A stretch of 64,000 nt of DNA from Bacteroidia bacterium (GTDB lineage Bacteria; Bacteroidota; Bacteroidia; UBA8524), in NCBI GenBank assembly GCA_964215915.1, contig CAXPEB010000080.1:4355-68354 (forward strand). The letters run 5' to 3'. Position numbers and translations under genes: made by a program. Of the stretch, positions 49,701-58,924 are shown in pieces (position 1 is the stretch's first letter; each line of letters starts with the position of its first letter). The notes beneath the pieces are model-generated. The model had not been told where the DNA came from, did not search any database, and saw only the letters and a program-made list of their open reading frames with translations.

Positions 49701-52700
49701 CATCAGTACACCACTTCCGGACAATTTACCGTAACCACGCAGGTATTTACGGTTGATGGCTGTGTTGGGTCTGACAGCGGACATGTGCGGGTTGGGGTAA
49801 CGGCCCTGCAGGGATATTCCAACGACCGGCTCTGTGTAGGCGACAGCTTCCAGCTTCTTCCCGTGCTCAACTACGTCAATGACCCATCACTTTACTGGGA
49901 AGATAGCGCCCGGTTAAGCCAGAATAAGGAAGCTTTGCTGTATGATCTTGGCGACGGGAACGGTTTTAATGATCTGGGGGCACAACCCTGGATTGATATT
50001 GATGGGGTACGGCAATACTATATCCGTGTAGCCTATCGTGACAGTGCCGGTTGCTGGGATACGCTGAGTTATGCTGACACCTTGAAAAGTTATGGCATCT
50101 ATGCGGCATTCGGCACCCAACTGGATACCTTTCTTTGCCCGCAATCTATCGCCTTTACCAACGGAAGCTCGGTATTCGACAGTACGGCTGGGTTTGCCCA
50201 AACCCAGGATTCCGTTGCCGCAGCTACCTGGGTATTCGGTAATGGGCTGGCAAACAGCACCCTGTTGAATCCGGAGCGTTACCTGGGTACGGGAAGCTAT
50301 TCCGTAAAACTGATCGCACAAAATACCATAGGATGTAAAGACTCGGTGGTTCACGACCTGGTGGTAGTGGGCCCTGTCGCGCGGTATTCCTTTACTTCCG
50401 ACAGCAGCGGTTGTGAAACCCTGCGGGTATATTTTGAAAACCAGAGTACCAATGCCAGCAATTATGTCTGGCAGTTCAATGACTCCGGAAATGCCGTTAC
50501 GAGTACCGCTTCTGATACAAACTTTTATTTTGATTACGAGCGTTTCGGGAACTTTGTTCCGACCCTGACCGCACAGGGTAGTTTCAATCAGGACGGCATC
50601 GTGGTAAGCTGCGAATCCGTATTTCCGGATAGCACGGCCTGGGACAGCCTTCGCCTGATTTCCGTATATGAACGGGGTACGCCTGAATTCAGCTTCGTTA
50701 CCGACTGTGCAACCCGACAGGTTACGTTTACCAACTCGAGTTCCAGTATACAGGCGGGCATGCAATTCCTTTGGGAATTCGGTGACGGCGACACCTCGTC
50801 TTCCTCCGATCCGGTCCATACCTATTCTGACACCGGTCATTATACGGTAATCCTCCATGTTATTACCGACAAGGGCTGTGAAGACACGGTATCGGCTGAA
50901 GTTACCGTGGCTCCCAACCCGGAAGCCTGGTTCACGTTTAATGAAACCTGCCTCGGCAGTTACACGCAGTTTGAAGACTCCACCAATGCTTTTAATGACG
51001 CGATTTACGACTGGCAATGGGATTTCGGAGACGGAGGAACCAGTATCCTCGACAACCCCGACCATCTGTATGCCCAGGATACCCTGTATACCGTAAACCT
51101 CGTGGTAACCAATATTGCAGGATGCAGAGACACTGTGCAGCGCAGTATCCGGATACACAGTATCCCGACTGCGGCATTTTCGGCGACGGCGGTATGCCGG
51201 TATGATTCCGTGAGTTTTACCCAACTCAGCACCAACGAAGAATTGCCGTTGAGTTACCAATGGGATTTCGGAGACGGAGGCAGCTCCGTATTGACGGCTC
51301 CCCGGCATAAATACGGAACTTCGGGAAACAAGTTGGTGACCCTGATAGCCACCAGTTCGTATTCCTGTGCCGACACCCTGAGTCAGTTTGTCAACGTGTA
51401 CCAGGAGCCGACAGCTTCTTTTACAATTAATGACCGGGATCAATGTCTGAGCAGCCAGCAGTTTGTATTCAGCGACCAAAGCACTGCAGGTACCGGTGGT
51501 TATTCCGTAAGCTGGAATTATGGTGACGGAAACACGGGTAGCGGTGATCCTGGCGGGCATCAATATGGCACTCCGGGCACGTACCTCATCCATCTTTATC
51601 TCAATTCGGTGGTAGGTTGCCGGGATACGGCTCTTGATTCCGTTACCGTCAATCCGCAAGCTATTGCAGGTTTCCTGCTGAACGACAATGCGCAGTGTGA
51701 AAACGAAAATATTTACCTGTTTGCAGATACCTCGGTCATCAGCCAGGGCAGCCTCACCCGCAGCTGGCAGACCGGAGACGGCACCTCTTACAGCGATAGC
51801 AGCGTAACGCACCATTATGCCGACACGGGGACATTTACCCTCAGACTTATTCAGCTAAGCGACGCCGGTTGCCGGGATACGGTAGATAAAACCATTTATG
51901 TCAACCCTTCACCACGTGCTGCTTTTGTAATAAACGACAGCACCCAGTGTTTGGGGGGAAATCTCTTTGCATTCACCAATACCACACAACTGGCTAAGGG
52001 AAATTTCACGTCGGGTTGGGATTTCGGCGACGGTTCACAATCCGGCTCCCTTAACCCCATCCATACCTACAGCCAGGACTCCTCCGTGTGGACCATCCGG
52101 CTGATTGTAACCAGCGACTCATTGTGCCGGGATACGGTGTCGCACAGCGGCACGACTTACCCCATGCCGGAAGCCCGTTTTTCCATTGCGGATTCTGCTC
52201 AGTGTTTCCGCGACAATTTGTTCCATTTTGCAGATTCCGGCAGCATCAAGTCCGGAACACTGGATTTCCGCTGGTATTTCGGCGACGGAGACAGCAGCAG
52301 CTTGCAGCACCCAACGCACAGCTACGGCAGTGCGGGAAGTTATACGGTTACCCAGGTGAGCAGCAGTTCCTTTCTATGCCGGGACACTTTTGAAAACCAG
52401 GTGGTGGTCTACCCTCAGCCAGAGGCCCGGATAGGTCTTGGAGATTCCATTGCCTGTTTCCGCGGTCATTTCTTTGTCTTTGCCGATTCGGGAAGCTTAA
52501 GCTCGGGGAGCTGGCAGCGGGTATGGAAATTCGGAGACGGTAACTCCGACACGCTGGAGATGCTTTCCCACAGCTATGACAGCAACGGAGTCTATACAGC
52601 CTGGCTGGTGGTCGAAAGCGAATTCGGGTGTATGGATTCGGTAAGTCGCCAATACGAAGTCTATCCTCAGGCAGAAGCGGTATTTGCGATAAACGACAGT

Positions 52701-55700
52701 GTGCAGTGTGATAACGGGCACAATTTCGTCTTCACTAACCAAAGCCAGATCAATGCAGGAAGCATGGCATACGACTGGCGATTCGGGGATGGTGACAGCA
52801 GTGCTCAGCAACATCCGTCACACCAGTACTCCGTTTTCGGAGATTATACGGTAAGGCTTGTTGCCAACTCGCCGTATGGATGTTCGGATACTACAGAAAA
52901 AGCGGTGCGTATCGACCCGAATCCACAAGCAGTCCTCTGGCTTGCGGACAGTGGTCAGTGTGTGAATGAGCAGCTATTCGCCTTTGCCGACAGTTCTTCA
53001 CTGGCAGAAGGCAATTACCAGATCACCTGGCATTTCGGGGATGGTGACAGCAGTATACAAAATGACCCGGTTCACACGTACGGTGCAGCGGGGAACTATA
53101 CCGTGCGGCAGTTACTGATCAGCGACAAAGGCTGCAGGGACAGTAGTAGCCTGGCTATCGATGTATACCCCAAGCCACAGGTTGCTTTCGGTGTCAATGA
53201 CAGCATCCAGTGCTTCAACGGGCATGTGTTTGTGTTCCAGAACCTGTCTGTTATCAGTTCGGGAAGCCTTAGCTACGACTGGCGGTTCGGGGATGGCGAT
53301 AGCAGTTCGCTGCAGCACCCGGATCACCAATACGCCGTTTACGGGGATTATATGACCCGCCTGGTAACCAGCAGCGATCAGTTTTGCCGGGATACGGCAT
53401 GGAATTCCATACGCATCAATCCCAACCCACAAGCAGCCATCTGGCTCAATGACAGTTTCCAATGCCTGAATGAACAGGCATTCGTTTTCCGTGACAGCGG
53501 GAGCATTGCAGAAGGCAATTACCAGGTAACCTGGTATTTCGGTGATGGCGACAGCAACATCCTTCAGGATGTGTCTCATACCTACTCGATAGAAGGTTCG
53601 TACCAAATCATGCAGGTTTTGCAAAGTGACAAAAGCTGTATGGATACTGCCTTGCTTGATCTGGAAGTTTACCCGAGACCTTTTGCCCTATTTGCCGTTA
53701 ACGACAGCATCCAGTGTTTTGACGGCCATCGCTTTGACTTCCTGAACCAGAGTGTGATCAATGCCGGGGTTCTTCGCTACGACTGGCGGTTTGACGACGG
53801 AGACAGCAGTCAGCTACAAAACCCTTCCTATACCTACGGAACCTTCGGTGATTACCGCGTAAGGCTGGTTACCTACAGCGATCACGATTGTAAAGACACG
53901 GCCTACCAGGATCTTCGTATCAACCCGAACCCGGAAGCCCGGATATGGCTCAATGACAGCTTCCAGTGCCTCAATGACCAGTCGTTTGAATTCCGTGACA
54001 GCAGTCTGCTGGCGGAAGGTGCCTACCTTAGGGAATGGAATTTTGGCGACGGAAATACGGACACGAGCCGGGACCTGATCCATACCTATATCCAGGACGG
54101 CCCGTATACGGTAAGGCTGCTATTGGAAAGCGACAAGAACTGCCGGGACTCGGCATTTGTTTCCACGGAAGCCTACCCCACTCCTTTACCGGTCTTTACC
54201 ATTAATGATAGCGGGCAATGCGTCAATACCAATGACTTTGCCTTCACGAATACCAGCACTATTCATTACGGTTGGTTGCGTTACGAATGGAGTTTCGGCG
54301 ACGGACTGGCAGATACCAACGGTCAGATCAATCATACTTATTTATCTGCCGACACTTTCCATGTGGTATTGTCTGCCATCAGTAATTTCGGGTGTATAGA
54401 CTCCGTATCCCGGGACATTATTGCCTTCCCGAAACCGCAGAGCAACTGGGTGATCAACGATACCGCGCAATGTGTGAACACCAATGACTTCCGTTTCCAG
54501 GCACAGGTACAGATCAGTTCCGGTAATCTGAAAAACTATTGGTGGGACCTGGAAAGCCTGCTGGACAGCGGTGACCTGGACACAGCCAGAACTTATCTGC
54601 TTGCCGGAACTTATCCGGTGTACTTCTATGCCCAATCTGAACTGGATTGCTGGGATACTCTTCAAAATGTGCTTACCGTACATCCGAAACCCAGCGCAGT
54701 GTATCAGGTAAACGACAGTGACCAGTGCCTCAATACGCAGCATTACGTCTTTAGTAACCAGAGTACCCTGTCTGCAGGAAGCCTGCATTATTTCTGGGAG
54801 TTCGGTGACGGAGACACCTCCTCGGATTTCGAACCGGTAAAACTATTCCAGCAACATGATACCCTGACTACCGTACTGTATGCCATTAGTGACCTGGGGT
54901 GTTATGATACCACTGATCATACCCTGATTGTGTTTCCCGTACCGGATGTTTCCTTTTCCTACAACGACAGCGATCAGTGCGTGAACGGCAATTATTTTGT
55001 CTTCACCAACGAGAGCACGATCGATTATGGAATTCTGTCTTATACCTGGGACCTTGGCAATGGCATGCAGGCAGTTTCTGCTGATACGAACATGGTTTAT
55101 TCCGTGTACGGTACTTATCCGGTCTGGCTTTGGGCTGAGTCTAACGTAGGTTGTCGCGATTCACTGAGAAAAGACATGATCGTGTACCCCAAGCCCAACC
55201 CGGGTTTTTCGGAAAATGACCCCGGTCAATGTGTGAACACCCAGGATTTCCGATTTACGGATCAAAGCAATATCGCTTACGGCAACCTGCATTATACGTA
55301 TCGTTTCGGTGATGGCACCGAAGACACCCTGGCTTCGCCGGCACATTACTATCCGGCATTCGGGGTCTATACCGTCCGGCAGGTATTGGAAAGTGATTAC
55401 GGGTGTATGGATTCCGTGGAGTCGGGTGTTCAGGCATTTGCCAAACCTCAGGCCTTGTTCACCATTAATGACCGCGATCAGTGCATCAATACTCAGGATT
55501 TCCGGTTTAGCAGTCAAAGCAATATTGCCGAAGGCTCCCTGCAGGATGTGTTTTGGGACTTTGATGACGGGAATACCGCAAATGGTCCCAATACCGCCAA
55601 TTACTACCTGAACTCGGGGACTTACGATGTTCGCCTCTTAGCTCTGTCCGACAGCTTCTGTTACGATACGCTGTTCAAGTCGCTTCGGGTATATCCCAAA

Positions 55701-56660
55701 CCCGTGGCGGCAATCGGGTACAATGATTCCGCCCAATGCCACAGCACCAACCTGTATGAAGTGTACAGCCTGGCTTTTGATTCCAGCGGAGTAGCCAACT
55801 GGTACTGGGATATTGATACGGACAGCAACGCTTCCGATTCTTCGTTCCGTTTCCACTTCGATACCTATGGCCCCAAAACCTTTACACACCGTTTGGTGAG
55901 TCAGAACGGTTGCTGGGATACCATAAGCCGCGACGCTTATGTGAAACCCATGCCCGACCCGTCGTTCACCGGTCTTAGAACCTTCCATTGTGATAATGAG
56001 GCTGCTTTTGCGCTAAGCCCGGTTACGCCGGGTGGTATTTTCGATGGAAAAAATATTGCCAACCAGCTGTATCAACCCCGACTGCTCTGGGAAGATACGG
56101 TTCGGTATTGGGTGGAAGTGAATGGTTGTGCAGACTCCTCCTACGAATACACCAATGTTTATCCCTTCCCCGTCGTGGAACTTGGGGAGGACACGGTACT
56201 TTGCAAAAATGAGTTTCTGCTCTTTGATGTCAGCTTCTGGAGTTCGGATTACCTCTGGCAGGACGATAAAGAAAGTGCCCGTTACCGGGCTTCCAAGCCG
56301 GGGATGTACCGGGTTACGGTGAGTAATATCTGCGGAAGCGCTTCGGACAGCCTCCGGATCAGCTACCTCGACGACTTATGCCGGATTTATGTTCCTACGG
56401 CATTTACCCCGAACAAGGACATTTACAATTCGTATTACAAACCGGTAACCTTCGGTTTGGATGAAATGCAGTACAGCATCTTCACCCGCTGGGGAGAGAA
56501 GGTCTTTGAAGGCAATCTGGATGATGAGGGATGGGACGGTACTTTCGGTGGGGTTCCGGTGCAGATTGACGTGTATGTGGTGGTGGTTCGCTATTCCTAT
56601 ACCCTGCACGGTGAAACGATCAGCGGATACCTCCGTGAAAATGTCACCCTGCTTCGCTAA
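46767..56660 (+). CDS. Giant secreted PKD-repeat protein (3297 aa) with gliding-motility-associated / T9SS type-B C-terminal sorting domain; putative surface adhesin
   Basis: Signal peptide MQRLNVLAFFTLCLLLSGNLSYGQ. About 35 PKD-like repeats of roughly 85 aa each carry W-x-FGDG...H-x-Y...G-x-Y-x-V-x-L and a QC...GC-x-DT cysteine pair. The C-terminus YVPTAFTPNKD...FTRWGEKVFEG...WDGTFGG...VYVVVVRY matches the type-B CTD pattern. Confidence 0.9.
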   Translation: MQRLNVLAFFTLCLLLSGNLSYGQCNASFAKNKAVLCDTDSLILNSLAPVGLIYSQWDFGNGDTLNALDTQYRYAAPGTYVIRHIVEDNSACRDTAYDTVQVFQTPLLFFSTDLNCQDDSVHLYGNYLTGTGDTLGTLRWWTGTGDSLEGDTVAFAYPSSGYYSLSLQGTGKGCTVKLDSTVFIRQRPQAAFLIDTNSCFGDSMRFTGQGSAYSPSYRWNFGDVLSGLKNTDSVANPKHRFTQAGLYQVRMVLSDTLGCRDTIIRPVRIHQAAIAAIHYNEVCTGSATEFGNVSGLGASDSIRTIRWDFGDGDSALIAFPTHTYADSGSYQVRLVLSTYAGCRDTSEESILIHPQPVIQLDLDSVCRGSNVNFQLISSTNEIQSYQWTFGDGFTSSSSSPQHQYTVSGKYAARLQLIFNEGKSCQSAPDSVTVLALPSASFLINEDTQCFRGNEVCVHLQNQSPLVKTRRVIFDDGFVQVDQGPTDTFVCHTYADAAGGTYFIAIQMLDSNGCSQTYSLDSGVLIYPEFATGFSQSSDSGCFSTNVDFINMTNQPLSNITRYYWDFGDGTQDSTNWDTAYHTYTTNGNFNVKLVAENQQGCLDSATGASSINNTSYTVDGQIDSLPSACASNNRLYVHQSFVSGAQIRWYWGTEDSSSVFSPSYMYEFPGTYHPRLRISLNGCDSVVYLDTVDILGPYARFGPITNRFQCEITDTVYFVNNSIYYKNSQRGAFWDFGDGFAPSCTTNYEAGINATGNCRYSTDSTNTKHMYDRNQENCYYTRLIAYDNFSGCGDTVVEYLPLTAPVASPDPLNGFNGLFTIQSQTCLGPEEEKEISISLTQTQPNCGRQSYWVLWDSSCAAASGNINNFWVPLATDHNYDYDNAPCDPEGYVSMGLIIQNGSDSLGNVCRDTAWYHNILQFNLMDPRFGSSYDSSQYYCTGSSFDFYLSRPNQDSVNRVIWSWGDGTQTDTNTTDTVSHQYTTSGQFTVTTQVFTVDGCVGSDSGHVRVGVTALQGYSNDRLCVGDSFQLLPVLNYVNDPSLYWEDSARLSQNKEALLYDLGDGNGFNDLGAQPWIDIDGVRQYYIRVAYRDSAGCWDTLSYADTLKSYGIYAAFGTQLDTFLCPQSIAFTNGSSVFDSTAGFAQTQDSVAAATWVFGNGLANSTLLNPERYLGTGSYSVKLIAQNTIGCKDSVVHDLVVVGPVARYSFTSDSSGCETLRVYFENQSTNASNYVWQFNDSGNAVTSTASDTNFYFDYERFGNFVPTLTAQGSFNQDGIVVSCESVFPDSTAWDSLRLISVYERGTPEFSFVTDCATRQVTFTNSSSSIQAGMQFLWEFGDGDTSSSSDPVHTYSDTGHYTVILHVITDKGCEDTVSAEVTVAPNPEAWFTFNETCLGSYTQFEDSTNAFNDAIYDWQWDFGDGGTSILDNPDHLYAQDTLYTVNLVVTNIAGCRDTVQRSIRIHSIPTAAFSATAVCRYDSVSFTQLSTNEELPLSYQWDFGDGGSSVLTAPRHKYGTSGNKLVTLIATSSYSCADTLSQFVNVYQEPTASFTINDRDQCLSSQQFVFSDQSTAGTGGYSVSWNYGDGNTGSGDPGGHQYGTPGTYLIHLYLNSVVGCRDTALDSVTVNPQAIAGFLLNDNAQCENENIYLFADTSVISQGSLTRSWQTGDGTSYSDSSVTHHYADTGTFTLRLIQLSDAGCRDTVDKTIYVNPSPRAAFVINDSTQCLGGNLFAFTNTTQLAKGNFTSGWDFGDGSQSGSLNPIHTYSQDSSVWTIRLIVTSDSLCRDTVSHSGTTYPMPEARFSIADSAQCFRDNLFHFADSGSIKSGTLDFRWYFGDGDSSSLQHPTHSYGSAGSYTVTQVSSSSFLCRDTFENQVVVYPQPEARIGLGDSIACFRGHFFVFADSGSLSSGSWQRVWKFGDGNSDTLEMLSHSYDSNGVYTAWLVVESEFGCMDSVSRQYEVYPQAEAVFAINDSVQCDNGHNFVFTNQSQINAGSMAYDWRFGDGDSSAQQHPSHQYSVFGDYTVRLVANSPYGCSDTTEKAVRIDPNPQAVLWLADSGQCVNEQLFAFADSSSLAEGNYQITWHFGDGDSSIQNDPVHTYGAAGNYTVRQLLISDKGCRDSSSLAIDVYPKPQVAFGVNDSIQCFNGHVFVFQNLSVISSGSLSYDWRFGDGDSSSLQHPDHQYAVYGDYMTRLVTSSDQFCRDTAWNSIRINPNPQAAIWLNDSFQCLNEQAFVFRDSGSIAEGNYQVTWYFGDGDSNILQDVSHTYSIEGSYQIMQVLQSDKSCMDTALLDLEVYPRPFALFAVNDSIQCFDGHRFDFLNQSVINAGVLRYDWRFDDGDSSQLQNPSYTYGTFGDYRVRLVTYSDHDCKDTAYQDLRINPNPEARIWLNDSFQCLNDQSFEFRDSSLLAEGAYLREWNFGDGNTDTSRDLIHTYIQDGPYTVRLLLESDKNCRDSAFVSTEAYPTPLPVFTINDSGQCVNTNDFAFTNTSTIHYGWLRYEWSFGDGLADTNGQINHTYLSADTFHVVLSAISNFGCIDSVSRDIIAFPKPQSNWVINDTAQCVNTNDFRFQAQVQISSGNLKNYWWDLESLLDSGDLDTARTYLLAGTYPVYFYAQSELDCWDTLQNVLTVHPKPSAVYQVNDSDQCLNTQHYVFSNQSTLSAGSLHYFWEFGDGDTSSDFEPVKLFQQHDTLTTVLYAISDLGCYDTTDHTLIVFPVPDVSFSYNDSDQCVNGNYFVFTNESTIDYGILSYTWDLGNGMQAVSADTNMVYSVYGTYPVWLWAESNVGCRDSLRKDMIVYPKPNPGFSENDPGQCVNTQDFRFTDQSNIAYGNLHYTYRFGDGTEDTLASPAHYYPAFGVYTVRQVLESDYGCMDSVESGVQAFAKPQALFTINDRDQCINTQDFRFSSQSNIAEGSLQDVFWDFDDGNTANGPNTANYYLNSGTYDVRLLALSDSFCYDTLFKSLRVYPKPVAAIGYNDSAQCHSTNLYEVYSLAFDSSGVANWYWDIDTDSNASDSSFRFHFDTYGPKTFTHRLVSQNGCWDTISRDAYVKPMPDPSFTGLRTFHCDNEAAFALSPVTPGGIFDGKNIANQLYQPRLLWEDTVRYWVEVNGCADSSYEYTNVYPFPVVELGEDTVLCKNEFLLFDVSFWSSDYLWQDDKESARYRASKPGMYRVTVSNICGSASDSLRISYLDDLCRIYVPTAFTPNKDIYNSYYKPVTFGLDEMQYSIFTRWGEKVFEGNLDDEGWDGTFGGVPVQIDVYVVVVRYSYTLHGETISGYLRENVTLLR
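52662..54173 (+). repeat. Three tandem roughly 505-bp higher-order repeat units (each two PKD domains) inside the giant gene
   Basis: Unit starts at 52662, 53164 and 53669, and the array ends at 54173. Near-identical nucleotide runs such as tggcgattcggggatggtgacagcagt (52781), tggcggttcggggatggcgatagcagt (53281) and tggcggtttgacgacggagacagcagt (53781) recur with a 500-bp period. A roughly 250-bp PKD periodicity continues across about 50.9-55.7 kb. Confidence 0.7.
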
Positions 56661-56834
56661 TTATTCCCCTTCTGTTTCCCTTTCAGCACTTTGATAATTA
56701 TTCTTAGCTGACGATCCGTTTGCAGGGCATATCCCCCCGTTCACACGTTATTTTATCTTATCGGTAAAATAGTTTCTCTCTTATGGATTTTTCATGCTTA
56801 TTTTCCCGTGATTAAAGAGGACAACCGTTTACCC

Positions 56835-58835
56835 ATGCGCTTACTATCATCCCCTAATTTCCTGTTTCTCGTTCTGCTTCTTTTTATTTCCTGTCGCAGC
56901 GATGAAGAAAACAAACCGCCTGAAAATGCCCAATTCAAAGGACTGAACAGTGCTTCAACATTCTGTTCCAGACTTGAAGAACTCAATCCGGACAGCATCC
57001 ATTCCACGCTGGCTCAATATGCCAATGAACTGGCCGGAAAGGTCCCCGACTCTGCAGACTATATTTTGAACTGCATGAAGCATTATGCGGAAACCCGGCA
57101 AAACCCTCAGATGAAGGCTATTTACCAATCCACTCAGTCTTATGTACTGTTATGGAGTGGTCGTTATGACAGTGCTACCTGGTATGCGGAACAAGCCGAT
57201 CAATACGCAACAGAACATTATGATACGGCTCTGATCACGGCTAATATCAACGCACTGGCTACAGGGTATTATGTGAACAATGATCTGAAAAATGCCAAAA
57301 AGCAGTATCTGAGAGGGCTGGAAATTTCTGAGGCAAATTCGAAAAAACAGTTCCTGCTGAATCAGATCCTTTTTTGCAGTAACCTGGCCTCCCTGCATTA
57401 CAATATCGGGGAATGGCAGGAAGCCCGGAAATACTTCCACAGAGTTCTTTTACTCTGTGATTCTATCGGGAAAGACGAAGAGCTGTCTTCAAAATATGCC
57501 GATTTTGTCCAATTCGTGATCCCGCAAACAGCCTATAACTTTTTTGTGGTAAGCACCAACGATCTCGAGTTTGATGTTGCCGATTCAATCTGGAAAAGCT
57601 ACCGTCTTTATGAAAAATTAAAAGGAAACCCTGTTGAAAACCAGAAGTATTTTATTGGCCGTGCTTTGTTCCATGCCGTGCAAGGGAAATTCCCGGACAG
57701 TGCTTACAACCTGCTAATTCCTTTGGCTATGGACAGTATTACTCCGGATAACTTCATTTCCTATTACGGAGCACATTTGAATTACCTGAATACACGATTA
57801 GAGAAGGGGCAAAAGGACAGTATTGAATTTGCCCGGAAGCGTGTTCTTGAGGGCTTTCACTTATTGGGCGACGGATATCCTCAATCCATAAGCTTTGTAT
57901 CCGACCAGTTACAAGTTGCCCTGGAAAACGGCTTTGATCCCGTTGACATCGAACTACTGGAAAAATGGGAAGAGGAGTGTATCCCGGAAGAACATAATGA
58001 TTATACCCGGTACCAATGTGCCAGACTTAGGGTGACCTATTATTGGGCAAACCAGCAGTTTGATAAAGCAAATAAATACTATAGGGATATCATCGAAATG
58101 CAGGATCAGCTTCTCTACACCCTGGAAACTTTACGGTTTTTCGACTTTAGTACGGAATTGAAAAATTCGGCTCTGAAACTGCAGGCCAGTCTGAAAGATG
58201 CCCAGCTTGAAAGAAAAAAGAATCAGAACAAAATACTGTTTTTATCCCTGTTCCTGCTCTTTGCCATTGCTGTCTTTATTGTTGTCGTAGTCCTGCAGAA
58301 ACGAAAACAAACCCGGCTCCGCCTTATGTTGATCGAATCCGAACGTTCCAAGGAACTGGAAAGGCAACAATATCTGGAAAGGGAACACCGGCTCGGACAG
58401 CGTAGTGTTGCCCTTTCCAATATCCTGCTTGCCAAAGCAGATGAACTCAGGATGCACATCAACGCCGCATTACAAAGAAGGCAACAATCTGAACTTCAAG
58501 ACATAAAACGCGAACTGGAAGCAATCCTCGATGGCAATCAGGATTTTGGTCAACCCGAATATGCAGACGTCGTAGCGGAAGACAGCTACCCGGAACTGGA
58601 AGCCATGTTCCCGTACCTGCACATGGGAATTAACGACAAAAGAATACTGGTACTGACAATGGAAGGCTATGCCTCCAAAGATATCGCCCGCTTCCTGGGA
58701 ATTTCCACTCAGCACGTACTCAATACCCGTTCAAAAATCAAAAAGAAGATCACTGAAGAAGAGGGAAAAGAAATCCAATGGAAGGAAATCAAAACCGCTT
58801 ATATGGAAAGACGTATGCAAATGGGAGATTCCTAA
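56835..58835 (+). CDS. Membrane-anchored one-component regulator: lipoprotein-type signal, extracytoplasmic TPR-like domain, single TM helix, coiled coil, and C-terminal LuxR/GerE-type HTH
   Basis: MRLLSSPNFLFLVLLLFISC signal and about 440 aa of TPR-like helical repeats. TM segment ILFLSLFLLFAIAVFIVVVVL is followed by ERKKNQ...coiled coil, ending in LTMEGYASKDIARFLGISTQHVLNTRSKIKKKI (LuxR HTH). ATG at 56835. Confidence 0.7.
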   Translation: MRLLSSPNFLFLVLLLFISCRSDEENKPPENAQFKGLNSASTFCSRLEELNPDSIHSTLAQYANELAGKVPDSADYILNCMKHYAETRQNPQMKAIYQSTQSYVLLWSGRYDSATWYAEQADQYATEHYDTALITANINALATGYYVNNDLKNAKKQYLRGLEISEANSKKQFLLNQILFCSNLASLHYNIGEWQEARKYFHRVLLLCDSIGKDEELSSKYADFVQFVIPQTAYNFFVVSTNDLEFDVADSIWKSYRLYEKLKGNPVENQKYFIGRALFHAVQGKFPDSAYNLLIPLAMDSITPDNFISYYGAHLNYLNTRLEKGQKDSIEFARKRVLEGFHLLGDGYPQSISFVSDQLQVALENGFDPVDIELLEKWEEECIPEEHNDYTRYQCARLRVTYYWANQQFDKANKYYRDIIEMQDQLLYTLETLRFFDFSTELKNSALKLQASLKDAQLERKKNQNKILFLSLFLLFAIAVFIVVVVLQKRKQTRLRLMLIESERSKELERQQYLEREHRLGQRSVALSNILLAKADELRMHINAALQRRQQSELQDIKRELEAILDGNQDFGQPEYADVVAEDSYPELEAMFPYLHMGINDKRILVLTMEGYASKDIARFLGISTQHVLNTRSKIKKKITEEEGKEIQWKEIKTAYMERRMQMGDS

Positions 58836-58924
58836 AAAAGATAGGTATAACCTCACTACTCCATCAAAAATGGGCACAGGAAACAACAGTCCGGTAACCC
58901 CAGAATGGTTACTTTTGTGCCCGA

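Noticed and set aside
47448-56609. Many long reverse-strand ORFs (for example 49914..51815 at 633 aa and 48792..49397 at 201 aa) inside the giant gene.
   Set aside because: They are antisense to a strongly supported 3297-aa ORF and are rich in R, G, S and C with no motifs. Stop-codon depletion from the GC-rich repetitive coding sequence explains them.
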